DNA of 64,000 bases, from the IMG/VR virus record IMGVR_UViG_3300020182_001907. The stretch is one strand, 5' to 3'. The notes under the pieces are model-generated. The model saw only the letters and a program-made list of their open reading frames with translations. It was not told where the DNA came from and did not search any database. Of this stretch, positions 27,818-37,198 are shown piece by piece. Origin of the DNA: a virus. The first letter of the stretch is position 1; every line of letters starts with the position of its first letter. The position numbers and the translations under genes are program-made.

Positions 27818-28512
27818 CATACAATGAATGCCATGCTTTTGGATGCAGTTTTACTTTTGGAACCTCGTTAGAGCTAGAAAGCAGCAACTGGAATCGCATG
27901 GACAGATTCTCATCATTGGTTGCTGAACACTTAGGATGTAAGGAAGTAAATCATGGACTTCAAGGATGTTCGACGGCTGGTATCTTGGACAGTGTGTACA
28001 AATTTGCTAATACTCGCAGTAAGCAACAAGCAGCAGACAATCACAATACTTTATTAATTATACAAACCTCTATTCTTTCTAGGTTGCAAGTATCTAGCAG
28101 TAGCCATAATAATTATTATCAGGTAATGAACTCAGACCAACCTGAGCCATGGATTAAAGATTTTTATAACATGTATCTAGCATATTCCTATAATAATTTA
28201 CTTGCATCTCAACAGTTAACTCAAAACATCACTGTGGTTGATGGTTATTTAAAGCATCAAGGATATTCGGTTATTTGGGTACCACTTGATTGGGATGTTA
28301 ATTCACCAAAATCGAGTGATTTTGATCCCAGAATATCAATTGTAGACTTTGGCGATAAAGACCGACTTACTGATATGTTAGTGTTCGCTGACAGACACAG
28401 ACTGCGTTTAGTAGATTTACCTGACGGTCCAAAAGATTACCACCTTTCCAAGAAAGGCCATCAAGAAGTAGCACAAAAGATAATTAATTGTATACAACGG
28501 GACAAGCCATGA
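27814..28512 (+). CDS. SGNH/GDSL-like hydrolase or acyltransferase
   Basis: AFGCSFTFG block I, NHGLQGCS block II and C-terminal DYHLS..GH. TTG start overlaps the rmlC stop. Confidence 0.6.
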   Translation: MTYNECHAFGCSFTFGTSLELESSNWNRMDRFSSLVAEHLGCKEVNHGLQGCSTAGILDSVYKFANTRSKQQAADNHNTLLIIQTSILSRLQVSSSSHNNYYQVMNSDQPEPWIKDFYNMYLAYSYNNLLASQQLTQNITVVDGYLKHQGYSVIWVPLDWDVNSPKSSDFDPRISIVDFGDKDRLTDMLVFADRHRLRLVDLPDGPKDYHLSKKGHQEVAQKIINCIQRDKP

Positions 28513-29138
28513 TCAAAAATTTATCTGCATATGAAAAAGTGCGTGACATCGATTACTCAGTACAAGATCTTAAAGACTTTGAGTTGGATATAGTTGAACA
28601 CTGGGAAGCAGGCAAAATACATGGACCTGTACATCTTAGTCATGGGAACGAACAACAACTAATAGAAATATTCCAGTGTATAAGTAAACAAGATTGGGTG
28701 TTCAGTACATGGAGAAGTCACTACCATGCATTGCTAAAAGGAGTTCCGCCTGATCAGGTAAAATCAGATATATTAGCAGGAAACAGCATTACACTGTCTA
28801 ATGTTGAACATAATTTTACTAGTAGTGCAATAGTAGGTGGGTGTTTAAGTATAGCATTAGGTTTAGCACTGGGGTTAAAAGAAACCGGCAGTAAAGATCG
28901 TGTTTGGTGCTTTATTGGTGACATGTGTTTTGAGAGTGGATTGTTTTATGAGACACACAAATATGCACGTAACTTTAATTTACCTTTACACTTTATAGTA
29001 GAAGATAACGGCGTAGCAACTAACACGCCAACTAAAGAAACCTGGAACGGAAAACGTGATATACCAGACGATGTAATTTATTACACATACGAATCAAAAT
29101 ATCCTCATTACGGTACGGGGAAATGGGTAATATTTTGA
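28509..29138 (+). CDS. TPP-dependent dehydrogenase E1 alpha-like subunit (short)
   Basis: GPVHLS.G.E, STWRSHYH, SAIVGG and the TPP/Mg motif IGD....SG..YE.....EDN. Confidence 0.8.
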   Translation: MIKNLSAYEKVRDIDYSVQDLKDFELDIVEHWEAGKIHGPVHLSHGNEQQLIEIFQCISKQDWVFSTWRSHYHALLKGVPPDQVKSDILAGNSITLSNVEHNFTSSAIVGGCLSIALGLALGLKETGSKDRVWCFIGDMCFESGLFYETHKYARNFNLPLHFIVEDNGVATNTPTKETWNGKRDIPDDVIYYTYESKYPHYGTGKWVIF

Positions 29139-30577
29139 ATGTAAAATTTGTTTATCAAAATTGGCATGATGGTTATCCTATTACTAATGGTTTGAATGCA
29201 GCGGCACTAAAAGAAGTGATACGCAGATGGGAAGAACCTTCGTGTAATGCGCAATCTCCAAATGATTTAGCTCACGAAGCCTGCCACGCAGTTGGACTAA
29301 ATTTCCCCTACCATCTAAAATCACAATGGTGGAAGCAAGCCGGTATTGAAGAAGTGAGAGTCCAAGACATAGACCCTCAGAGCGATACTATATGGATATA
29401 TCCTAACAACATAATGCGCGATTTCGGTGGTGTTGTGAGTGATTCCTACGATTTTTTTAGTGTATTATCTCCTGAATTGTTAGCATTTATGAGATCAGGA
29501 ACAGTAAAAATTCTGTTCGACAACTCTCACGATCCCACAGTGAACCAGGCACACTGTGGCCAAAAGAGTATATCGTATAAGTTCGAACTTAATGGTATTA
29601 ATCCTAACAACGTATTGTTTATAGCTGGCGACACCGACAGTGCGGTAGAAACTACAAAACATCTTAAGATGAAAATAATCCCGTTGGGTAAGTTTTATCC
29701 TTGGTGCGCCGCAAATACTTTTGTTGAGGCCTCTAAAGACAGCATTATAGATCCCATAGGCTTAAAGTCAGAGTATGTTACAGCAGCTGATTTGGATTCT
29801 AGTAAGATAAGAAAACACAAATTTTTAAGTTTTAATAGATCTTTACGCCCTCATAGACTTTGGCTTCTATGTAAAAGCATAGAACAAAACTGGTTAAAAG
29901 ACAATTTATTTAGTTTTTTGTCAATGGCTGGTGGCCGGGAGGTAGCGCAGGATATATTACTCAATATAAATTCTGATTACGATATTGCATCCAAAATTCC
30001 AAACAGCGGCTTAAAGAATATTATAGACCGCGATTCGATGCCCTGGTTGCCCCCTATTGCTAAGTTTAGCCAAAAAGTGGTAGACGAAGCTAAAAAAATT
30101 ATTCCGTTAGAATTAGATACACAATCAGTGCCCAGGGACAATCTGGGAGGGTTTAGTACTAGTAGTTGTAATAACAAACAATTTTACTCAGAAAGTTACT
30201 TTAATATCACTACAGAAACTGGACTTGATTATATGTTTCTTAGTGAAAAAACATTTAGACCTATTCAAAATTTACAACCATTTATTTTTATAGGACCAGC
30301 AGGTGCTTTAAAATATTTAAAAACTCAAGGCTTTAAAACTTTTGATTCAGTAATAGATGAATCCTACGATTTGGAAGCAGATCCCAGCATACGACTTACA
30401 ATGATAGCAGAGCAAATAAACAAAATTAACAATATGGACATGCAAACTGTCCACGATATGTACTATAGTTTAACAGATATACTTATACATAATCAACAAC
30501 ACCTACTTACATTTTGCGGAGATTCTCCGTATATAGAAAGTATGGAATACATAAAAGGAATATATAGTGGAAATTAA
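29123..30577 (+). CDS. Putative GT-B glycosyltransferase, paralog 3
   Basis: SFNR.LRPHR...SYFNITTET...LSEKTFRPI..QPF...GFKTF..IDESYDLE. Confidence 0.5.
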   Translation: MGNILNVKFVYQNWHDGYPITNGLNAAALKEVIRRWEEPSCNAQSPNDLAHEACHAVGLNFPYHLKSQWWKQAGIEEVRVQDIDPQSDTIWIYPNNIMRDFGGVVSDSYDFFSVLSPELLAFMRSGTVKILFDNSHDPTVNQAHCGQKSISYKFELNGINPNNVLFIAGDTDSAVETTKHLKMKIIPLGKFYPWCAANTFVEASKDSIIDPIGLKSEYVTAADLDSSKIRKHKFLSFNRSLRPHRLWLLCKSIEQNWLKDNLFSFLSMAGGREVAQDILLNINSDYDIASKIPNSGLKNIIDRDSMPWLPPIAKFSQKVVDEAKKIIPLELDTQSVPRDNLGGFSTSSCNNKQFYSESYFNITTETGLDYMFLSEKTFRPIQNLQPFIFIGPAGALKYLKTQGFKTFDSVIDESYDLEADPSIRLTMIAEQINKINNMDMQTVHDMYYSLTDILIHNQQHLLTFCGDSPYIESMEYIKGIYSGN

Positions 30578-31532
30578 ATCAAAAAACATCATTGTTACAG
30601 GCGCAAACGGGCTTGTAGGCTTACCTGCTGTTGAAAAATGTTTAGCAGAAGGAGCAAGTAATGTTTATGCAGTGGATATTAATACTAACAAATTAGAACA
30701 ATTAGGAAAACATCCTAATCTACACATAGTCAACTCAGACTTGACTTATCTAGATAAGTGTGAAGATCTTTTTAAAAATAAAGACATTAACATAGTATTA
30801 CATATTGCAGGCATTAAAGGATCTCCTGCAAGGTCTTCAAAACAACCTTGCGACTTTTTGTTTCCGATGTTAATGTTTAATACAAATATGATTAAAGCAG
30901 CATTTGATGCAAAAGTGGACTGGTTTGTTTATCTATCTTCTGTAGGCGTGTACCAACCTAGCCAAATTATGTATGAAGATGATGTATGGGCAACAGTTCC
31001 ATCTAAAAATGATTGGTATCCAGGCTGGACAAAGCGCATGGGTGAATTAACATTAGAATCTTTACAGGTACAATATGGATGGAACAATTGGACTGTTATT
31101 CGACCGTCAAACATTTACGGGGTTAACGATAACTTTGCTCAAGATGCAACAGTTATTAGTAGTAATATTTGGAAATTAAAAAATGTTCCAGGAAACATTG
31201 TGGCGTGGGGCGATGGATCCCCAAAACGAGACTTTGTATTTAGTGACGATGTTGCTCAAGCAAGCATTGATGCAGTAAAAAAAGAAGTAAATGATATTAT
31301 TAACTTTGGATGCGGCAAAGCAGTAAGTATTAAAGAAACTATAGAAACTATAGTAGATGTTTACACAGAAATTTCAGGCGAAGAACGAAATATTGTTTGG
31401 GATGAAACAAAAATGAACGGAGATCCTATAAGATGTTTAAGTTCAGCTCGCCAAGAAAAATATGATATACTACCTAATACTTCTCTCAGAGATGGGATCA
31501 AAAAAACTATAACTACGTATTTTGATTTATAA
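30567..31532 (+). CDS. NAD(P)-dependent NDP-sugar epimerase/reductase (GDP-fucose synthase-like)
   Basis: VTGANGLVG, SSVGVY, RPSNIYG..DNF and WGDGSPKRDFVFSDD. Confidence 0.8.
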   Translation: MEIKSKNIIVTGANGLVGLPAVEKCLAEGASNVYAVDINTNKLEQLGKHPNLHIVNSDLTYLDKCEDLFKNKDINIVLHIAGIKGSPARSSKQPCDFLFPMLMFNTNMIKAAFDAKVDWFVYLSSVGVYQPSQIMYEDDVWATVPSKNDWYPGWTKRMGELTLESLQVQYGWNNWTVIRPSNIYGVNDNFAQDATVISSNIWKLKNVPGNIVAWGDGSPKRDFVFSDDVAQASIDAVKKEVNDIINFGCGKAVSIKETIETIVDVYTEISGEERNIVWDETKMNGDPIRCLSSARQEKYDILPNTSLRDGIKKTITTYFDL

Positions 31533-31582
31533 GAAAATAGTTTTGCATTACCGAATTTTTTTGCTGTAAAAGACTGCCACGA

Positions 31583-31588
31583 TAAATA
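31583..31588 (+). promoter_or_regulatory. Putative late promoter (GATAAATATT)
   Basis: Intergenic, ~25 nt upstream of 31613. Confidence 0.55.
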
Positions 31589-31612
31589 TTACACACAAAC
31601 ACAGAGACAAAC

Positions 31613-32605
31613 ATGGAACTTACAGACAAAATATTAATAACAGGTGCCAGCGGATTTATTGGCAGTAATATTCTTAAAAATCTTTACAGTAAAGGATATA
31701 GGAACATACGAACTACAAGTCTTTCAAGAGATTTAAGAAATGACTTTACTGGTTGCGAAACAATCGAACATCTTAAAGGTGATTTAAAAGAAGAACAGTT
31801 CTGTACTAGTGTAACCAAGGACTGTGATGTAGTTATAAATTGCGCTGCAAGCACGTCAAATGCACTGGACACCAAAGTCAATCCATTAATCCACGTAACC
31901 CCTAACATAATTATGAATGTTAATTTGCTAGAACAATCATGGAGAAACTCTGTGAGTAAATTTGTATTCATTAGTAGTAACACTGTATACCCCGAGATGG
32001 GTAACGAGTATTGCCACGAAGAAATAGACTGTATAGGAAGCAAGTTAATTCCTGTGTATGCAGCGGTTGGCGGAATGAAAAGATACTTTGAACAATTGTG
32101 TGATTACTTTAGCAATCAAATACACAATCCTATGCAATGTATTATAGTACGACCTAGTAATGCATTTGGGCCTAACGATAAGTTTGATTATGATAAATGT
32201 CATGTAACTCCTGCTAATATACGCAAGGTAGCAGACGGGTTGAATCCGATACCAATTTGGGGCGATGGTAAAGACATTAGAGACTTAATGTATGTAGAAG
32301 ATATGTCAGACAGCATAGTTTTTCTAGCAGAAAATATTCACAAGTATGATATTGTAAATGTTTGTTACGGTAAGGGATATAGTATCAATGAAGTTCTAGC
32401 TGTCATGAAAGATATTGAAAATAATGATAATCCAGTGGACTATGTTAATAATAAAGCATTCATGATATCTGTGAGACTTTTAAGTAGCAAAAAACTTAAC
32501 GATATGGGATGGAAGCCTAAGTATACTCTTCGCGAAGGTTTGGAAAAAACTTTAAACTGGTATAAGCAAAATACACATTTATTCGATCCGGACAGCAAAC
32601 CATGA
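31613..32605 (+). CDS. NAD(P)-dependent NDP-sugar epimerase/reductase (GDP-fucose synthase-like)
   Basis: ITGASGFIG, SSNTVYP, RPSNAFGP.D.F...HV.PA and WGDG..IRD.MYVED. Confidence 0.8.
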   Translation: MELTDKILITGASGFIGSNILKNLYSKGYRNIRTTSLSRDLRNDFTGCETIEHLKGDLKEEQFCTSVTKDCDVVINCAASTSNALDTKVNPLIHVTPNIIMNVNLLEQSWRNSVSKFVFISSNTVYPEMGNEYCHEEIDCIGSKLIPVYAAVGGMKRYFEQLCDYFSNQIHNPMQCIIVRPSNAFGPNDKFDYDKCHVTPANIRKVADGLNPIPIWGDGKDIRDLMYVEDMSDSIVFLAENIHKYDIVNVCYGKGYSINEVLAVMKDIENNDNPVDYVNNKAFMISVRLLSSKKLNDMGWKPKYTLREGLEKTLNWYKQNTHLFDPDSKP

Positions 32606-33534
32606 AAATTCTTATTACAGGTGGAGCAGGGTATTTGGGCTCCACAATGGCGGAATATCTCCTTGACTGTGGACATACAGTAACAGTTCTAGACAATTTA
32701 ATGTACAAGCAGTTGAGTTTACTGCATTTATTTAAATGGGAAGGATTCAACTTTATAAAAGGTGATGTTAGAAATGTTAAACTGTTAAAAGAACTAGTAG
32801 GAATACATGATGTTATTATACCTCTTGCTGCTATAGTAGGGATGCCTGCATGTAATGCCGACCCTGAACTTGCTGTAGCTGTAAATCAAAAACACGTAGA
32901 AAACATTATTGCGTCAATGAACGACAACACCAAGATAATTATGCCTAACACTAACAGCCAATATGGAAGCAGTCAGGAAATTATTACAGAAGAAAGTGAT
33001 TTTAATCCACTTAGTTTATATGCTGAAACTAAATGTGCTGCTGAGGATGCAGTAATTGCTGCTGGCGGAGTAGCATTGCGATTAGCAACAGTATTCGGAG
33101 TAAGTCCAAGAATGCGTCAAGATTTGCTGGTTAACGATTTTGTTTACAGATCTGTAGTGGACGGTTATCTGGTTTTATTTGAAAGCCACTACAAACGTAA
33201 TTATATACATGTTCAAGATATAGCTAGAGTGTTTGCTTTTATGATCCAGAACTATGATGCTGCGAGTGGGCAAGCATTCAATGTAGGTCTAAGCAGTGCT
33301 AATTTAAGTAAACTTGAACTGGCAGAAAAAATCCATGAACACATACCTAATTTAGTTATATGCCAAGAAGAATTTAAAAAAGATTTCGACCAAAGAAATT
33401 ATATTATTAGTAATGACAAAGTAGAAAGCCTAGGTTGGAAACCACAATTTGGATTAGACTTCGGTATAGCCCAATTAATAACTGCATATCAAATGGTGCA
33501 AACTTACAACAACAGGAGTTTTACGAATTTATGA
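32602..33534 (+). CDS. NAD-dependent epimerase/dehydratase (extended SDR)
   Basis: ITGGAGYLG, LAAIVG, catalytic YAETK and RLATVFGVSPRMR.DL.VN. Confidence 0.85.
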   Translation: MKILITGGAGYLGSTMAEYLLDCGHTVTVLDNLMYKQLSLLHLFKWEGFNFIKGDVRNVKLLKELVGIHDVIIPLAAIVGMPACNADPELAVAVNQKHVENIIASMNDNTKIIMPNTNSQYGSSQEIITEESDFNPLSLYAETKCAAEDAVIAAGGVALRLATVFGVSPRMRQDLLVNDFVYRSVVDGYLVLFESHYKRNYIHVQDIARVFAFMIQNYDAASGQAFNVGLSSANLSKLELAEKIHEHIPNLVICQEEFKKDFDQRNYIISNDKVESLGWKPQFGLDFGIAQLITAYQMVQTYNNRSFTNL

Positions 33535-33956
33535 AATCTAGAAAATACAATCACACACTAGGAGACCTAATAGATAGGTTATCAATTGTTCAACTTAAAG
33601 AAGTGTTTATACCAGAGTTTAAAAATGAATATGCAGATGAAATTAACGACATTGTGCATGACATACAGCTAATTTTAGATGAAGAAAATCCTAAACTTGA
33701 TGCGAAAACCCTTAGAGCTATCATAGTATGTGCTCAAATGAATTTACATATTTGGCATAATGAGTCTAATTACCGACGAGGAATCAAGGAGGGTAATAAT
33801 CTAGAACTAACGCATGGATTAAATGGTATTCGTAATACCAGTAAAAATGTAATACAAGAAGCAGTGGGCGGTAGAAAAGATTATAAAGTAGACTGCTTGG
33901 CAGCTGATTGGAAAGATTGGTCAGTTAGTTGGGATGAACAAACAGGAGATAGATAG
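33531..33956 (+). CDS. Hypothetical helical protein (DUF6165-like)
   Basis: TLGDLIDRLSI..LK...N..IWH.E...R motif. ATGA overlap with the upstream gene. Confidence 0.5.
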   Translation: MKSRKYNHTLGDLIDRLSIVQLKEVFIPEFKNEYADEINDIVHDIQLILDEENPKLDAKTLRAIIVCAQMNLHIWHNESNYRRGIKEGNNLELTHGLNGIRNTSKNVIQEAVGGRKDYKVDCLAADWKDWSVSWDEQTGDR

Positions 33957-34488
33957 GATGCTGTACAAGGACGAACTAAAAAATGCAATGACCTACATAG
34001 GCAAAAAACCTTTAAGTAAATTTATTGGGCAGCAAACGGTTTATCCTGGTAACGTTACAAGCGGCACTTTGGTAAATGTCCCTAGAGATAAATTATTAGA
34101 AGTGCCAGTGTTCGAAGAAGTACAAATGGGTATGAGTTTGGGTTATGCACTAACAGGAGGTACAGTAGTATCAATTTTTCCTAGATGGGACTTTTTGATA
34201 AGTGCTACTAACCAACTAGTCAATCATGCCGACAAATGGAAACTTTTAACTAATAAGGAAGTTAATTTGATAATTAGAGTGTGCAAAGGATCAAACACAC
34301 CGCTTAATCCTGGGCTTCAACACCAAGGTGATTATTTTGATGAATTCCAATCAATGTGTAAAAACGTCAATTTCGTAAAATTAACTAAACCAGCTCAAAT
34401 TTACAACAGTTATGCAGAAGCAACAGATCAAGGAGGTGTACATTTAATACTGGAGTACCCTGACTTATATGAAACAACCGATGAATAA
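33934..34488 (+). CDS. TPP-dependent E1 beta/transketolase pyrimidine-binding domain only
   Basis: E.PV.EE.QMG...G.AL.G, PRWDFL..A.NQLVN and G.QH..D. At 184 aa it lacks the C-terminal domain. Confidence 0.75.
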   Translation: MNKQEIDRMLYKDELKNAMTYIGKKPLSKFIGQQTVYPGNVTSGTLVNVPRDKLLEVPVFEEVQMGMSLGYALTGGTVVSIFPRWDFLISATNQLVNHADKWKLLTNKEVNLIIRVCKGSNTPLNPGLQHQGDYFDEFQSMCKNVNFVKLTKPAQIYNSYAEATDQGGVHLILEYPDLYETTDE

Positions 34489-35329
34489 CAATACACGTTG
34501 GACTGAGAAAGCAATTGCATTTGCAGGATGCAGTTTTACCTGGGGACAAGGCCTTTATTATTATAGCGATTTAAGCACAGTGGTCCCAGTAGGCGAATAT
34601 GATTATCAAGATAATCTTGTTACTGAGATACAAAAAAAGTATGTAATGAGAAATAATTATAGCTGGCATGTTGCAAACTATTTTAACAGTGTTCAACTAA
34701 ACCAACTTAGGAACGGAGGGTCAAACTCCGATTGGATTAATTACTGGGGCGAAGATATATTGGGGGGTCCCAATCGGGAACATTATTACTATCCTGAGGA
34801 AATACACCTTTTTGTTGTCCAAATGACACAACCCCACAGAGACAATAACAGCCAATTATTTCCTTCAGATATGACCTATTTGGATGCATTAAACGATCCT
34901 AATCTACTTCCTGAAATAATGGAAATTCACGGCTTTAAAACAATACAAGAATTTACCAACGCTCATAATAAAATGGTTGTGGGAAATGTAAAAGCATTTT
35001 TACAAAAATTAGAAGCTCATGGAATACCTACTATGCTATATACCTGGCCAGCCGAGAATGTAAATCACATAATAAGTGATCCTTGGCTAGCTGAAAGATT
35101 TATGCGCATAACATATAATGGAATCACTTATGATTGTCAGTATGACTTGATGAACGATAATCCTCATCTAGTAATCAAGCACGACAAAAGTACGTTTGGT
35201 GAAAATTGCCCTACCGATCATCACCCTTCGTTAGAATGTCATAAAATAATAGCAGATAATGTAATACAACACATTACAACACACGATTTAATAAAGGAAA
35301 GAAATGAACGAGAGTTGGCAAGATCTTAA
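34469..35329 (+). CDS. SGNH/GDSL-like hydrolase or acyltransferase
   Basis: FAGCSFTWG, NGGSN and C-terminal DHHPS..CH..IA. Confidence 0.6.
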   Translation: MKQPMNNNTRWTEKAIAFAGCSFTWGQGLYYYSDLSTVVPVGEYDYQDNLVTEIQKKYVMRNNYSWHVANYFNSVQLNQLRNGGSNSDWINYWGEDILGGPNREHYYYPEEIHLFVVQMTQPHRDNNSQLFPSDMTYLDALNDPNLLPEIMEIHGFKTIQEFTNAHNKMVVGNVKAFLQKLEAHGIPTMLYTWPAENVNHIISDPWLAERFMRITYNGITYDCQYDLMNDNPHLVIKHDKSTFGENCPTDHHPSLECHKIIADNVIQHITTHDLIKERNERELARS

Positions 35330-35378
35330 ACATAATTTTTTTGAGCAGAAAGCCCGCCCTACTAGCAGAACGGATTAG
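35304..35378 (+). CDS. Possible 24-aa small ORF (MNESWQDLKHNFFEQKARPTSRTD)
   Basis: AAAGGAAAG RBS before the ATG; fills the gap before 35382. Confidence 0.3.
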   Translation: MNESWQDLKHNFFEQKARPTSRTD

Positions 35379-35381
35379 CGT

Positions 35382-35774
35382 ATGAAAATATTTGTTAATG
35401 GTACCTTTGATATTTTACATCCTGGACATATGGCATTATTTGAATACGCAAAATCGCTAGGTAAGGTGAGAGTAGCAATAGATTCTGATGCACGAATAAA
35501 GTTAATGAAGGGCGATAGTAGGCCTATTAACAGTGTGGAAGTTAGGAAACGCATGTTAGAATGCATAAGATATATTGATGAAGTTAGTGTTTTCGGCAGC
35601 GATCAAGAACTGATTGACACGGTAAAGACTTATGCACCTGATATAATGATAGTGGGTTCAGATTATAAACACAAAACAGTTATTGGAAGTGAACATGCAA
35701 AAAAATTGTTTTTCTTTGAAAGAGACGATAGATATTCTTCAACTAGCATCATCCAAAATATTAATAATAGGTGA
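35382..35774 (+). CDS. Nucleotidyltransferase, RfaE domain II/HldC-like
   Basis: NGTFDILHPGH, KG..RPIN, GSDY and YSSTSII. Confidence 0.85.
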   Translation: MKIFVNGTFDILHPGHMALFEYAKSLGKVRVAIDSDARIKLMKGDSRPINSVEVRKRMLECIRYIDEVSVFGSDQELIDTVKTYAPDIMIVGSDYKHKTVIGSEHAKKLFFFERDDRYSSTSIIQNINNR

Positions 35775-36492
35775 CGGCTGTAAAGATATCTACCACTACG
35801 GCGATGTAAATAAGATCAGCCAGGAAGCCCCTGTGCCTATTTTTAAGCAAGTAAAAACGGATTTTAAATTAGGCATGAGTTACAATGTGTGTAGAAATTT
35901 TAATGCTCTTGGATCAAACACAGTACTGCAAAGTTATGTTGCAGAGAATAAACATCGATACATAGATAGAAAAAGTAATCAGCAAGTATACAGAGTTGAC
36001 GAATCTTTAGCAACACCTCGATCTGAATTTGATTGTAGTGGAGACTTTGATGCAGTAGTGATTAGCGATTATGACAAAGGCGCTTTAAGCTATGAAGATA
36101 TCGAAGAGATAATTACATCCGCGAATGCACCAGTTTTTATTGATACAAAAAAATCTGATCTTGCAAGATTTAAGGATTGTATAGTAAAAATAAATGAGAT
36201 AGAATACAATGATAGTGTTAGCTTGCCAGAGAATTTAATTGTTACTAGAGGCAGCAAAGACGTAATTGTTCTAGATCAAGGTAAAGTTACAAGTACGCAT
36301 CCTGTTAATTCAGTAGAGTTATATGATACTACAGGAGCAGGAGATAGCTTTTTAGCCGCATTTGTGTTATACTATATAGCTACAGATCATTTAGTAGACT
36401 CAATAAACTTTGCTGTTAGAAGTAGCCAAATAAGTATAACTAAACGTGGGGTATATGCACCTACTCTGGAGGAAATATGTCAACTAGACTAA
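35695..36492 (+). CDS. PfkB-family sugar kinase, RfaE domain I/HldA-like (start uncertain)
   Basis: ILIIGD...D.Y.YG....ISQEAPVP, ISDYDKG and DTTGAGDSF. Confidence 0.8.
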   Translation: MQKNCFSLKETIDILQLASSKILIIGDGCKDIYHYGDVNKISQEAPVPIFKQVKTDFKLGMSYNVCRNFNALGSNTVLQSYVAENKHRYIDRKSNQQVYRVDESLATPRSEFDCSGDFDAVVISDYDKGALSYEDIEEIITSANAPVFIDTKKSDLARFKDCIVKINEIEYNDSVSLPENLIVTRGSKDVIVLDQGKVTSTHPVNSVELYDTTGAGDSFLAAFVLYYIATDHLVDSINFAVRSSQISITKRGVYAPTLEEICQLD

Positions 36493-36836
36493 GTGGTGAC
36501 GTGCAAAAAACATGGGGGTCAGAAACAATTTGGTGTTCTAACGATTTGTATTGTGGCAAAATGCTTAATTTTAACACAGGACATAGTTTCAGTATGCACT
36601 TCCACAAGGAAAAAGATGAGACATGGTATGTGCTTAGTGGTAAATTCCAGTTAACAACTATTAATACAACAAATGCTGAACAACTAGTTGAAACACTACA
36701 CGCAGGAGATGTAAAACATATACCGCCTATGCTGCCTCATCAGTTACTGTGTTTAGAAGCTGGCACCGTTATTGAAGTTAGCACACCTGATAGCGTAGAA
36801 GACAACTACCGAATGTGGAGAGGACAACCATCATGA
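36477..36836 (+). CDS. Cupin (mannose-6-phosphate isomerase/sugar isomerase-like)
   Basis: K.WG.E, SMHFH..KDETWYV..G, H.L and EVSTPD...DNYR. Confidence 0.75.
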   Translation: MSTRLSGDVQKTWGSETIWCSNDLYCGKMLNFNTGHSFSMHFHKEKDETWYVLSGKFQLTTINTTNAEQLVETLHAGDVKHIPPMLPHQLLCLEAGTVIEVSTPDSVEDNYRMWRGQPS

Positions 36837-37198
36837 AATACATAATTGACATTGACGGAACTATATGTTATACCGATAAAAGTGAATATACTAAATCTAA
36901 GCCTATAAGTAGTAATATAGACCAAGTTAACAATTTGTATGACCAAGGACATGAGATTGTTTACTGGACTGCACGTGGAGGCAATAGCGGTATCGATCAT
37001 TCCGAACTAACATTAAAGCAATTGAGTGATTGGGGATGTAAATATCACTCAGTGATGTTTAACAAACCTACTTACGATGTGTGGGTTGACGACAAAGCTT
37101 CTTGGATTTTTTCTGAAACACCAAAGGCGCAGTTTAGTGACGAATTAAAAGAAAGATTAAAAAAATTAAGAGAACGGGATCCGTTTATATACAGATGA
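36833..37198 (+). CDS. HAD-superfamily phosphatase (capsule-biosynthesis type)
   Basis: DIDGTI, WTARG and KP.YD.WVDDK. Confidence 0.8.
   Translation: MKYIIDIDGTICYTDKSEYTKSKPISSNIDQVNNLYDQGHEIVYWTARGGNSGIDHSELTLKQLSDWGCKYHSVMFNKPTYDVWVDDKASWIFSETPKAQFSDELKERLKKLRERDPFIYR

Noticed and set aside
28509-34488. Pyruvate dehydrogenase auxiliary metabolic genes (pdhA/pdhB)
   Set aside because: Both subunits are truncated and separated, no E2/E3 is present, and the context is sugar biosynthesis, so gene symbols were withheld.
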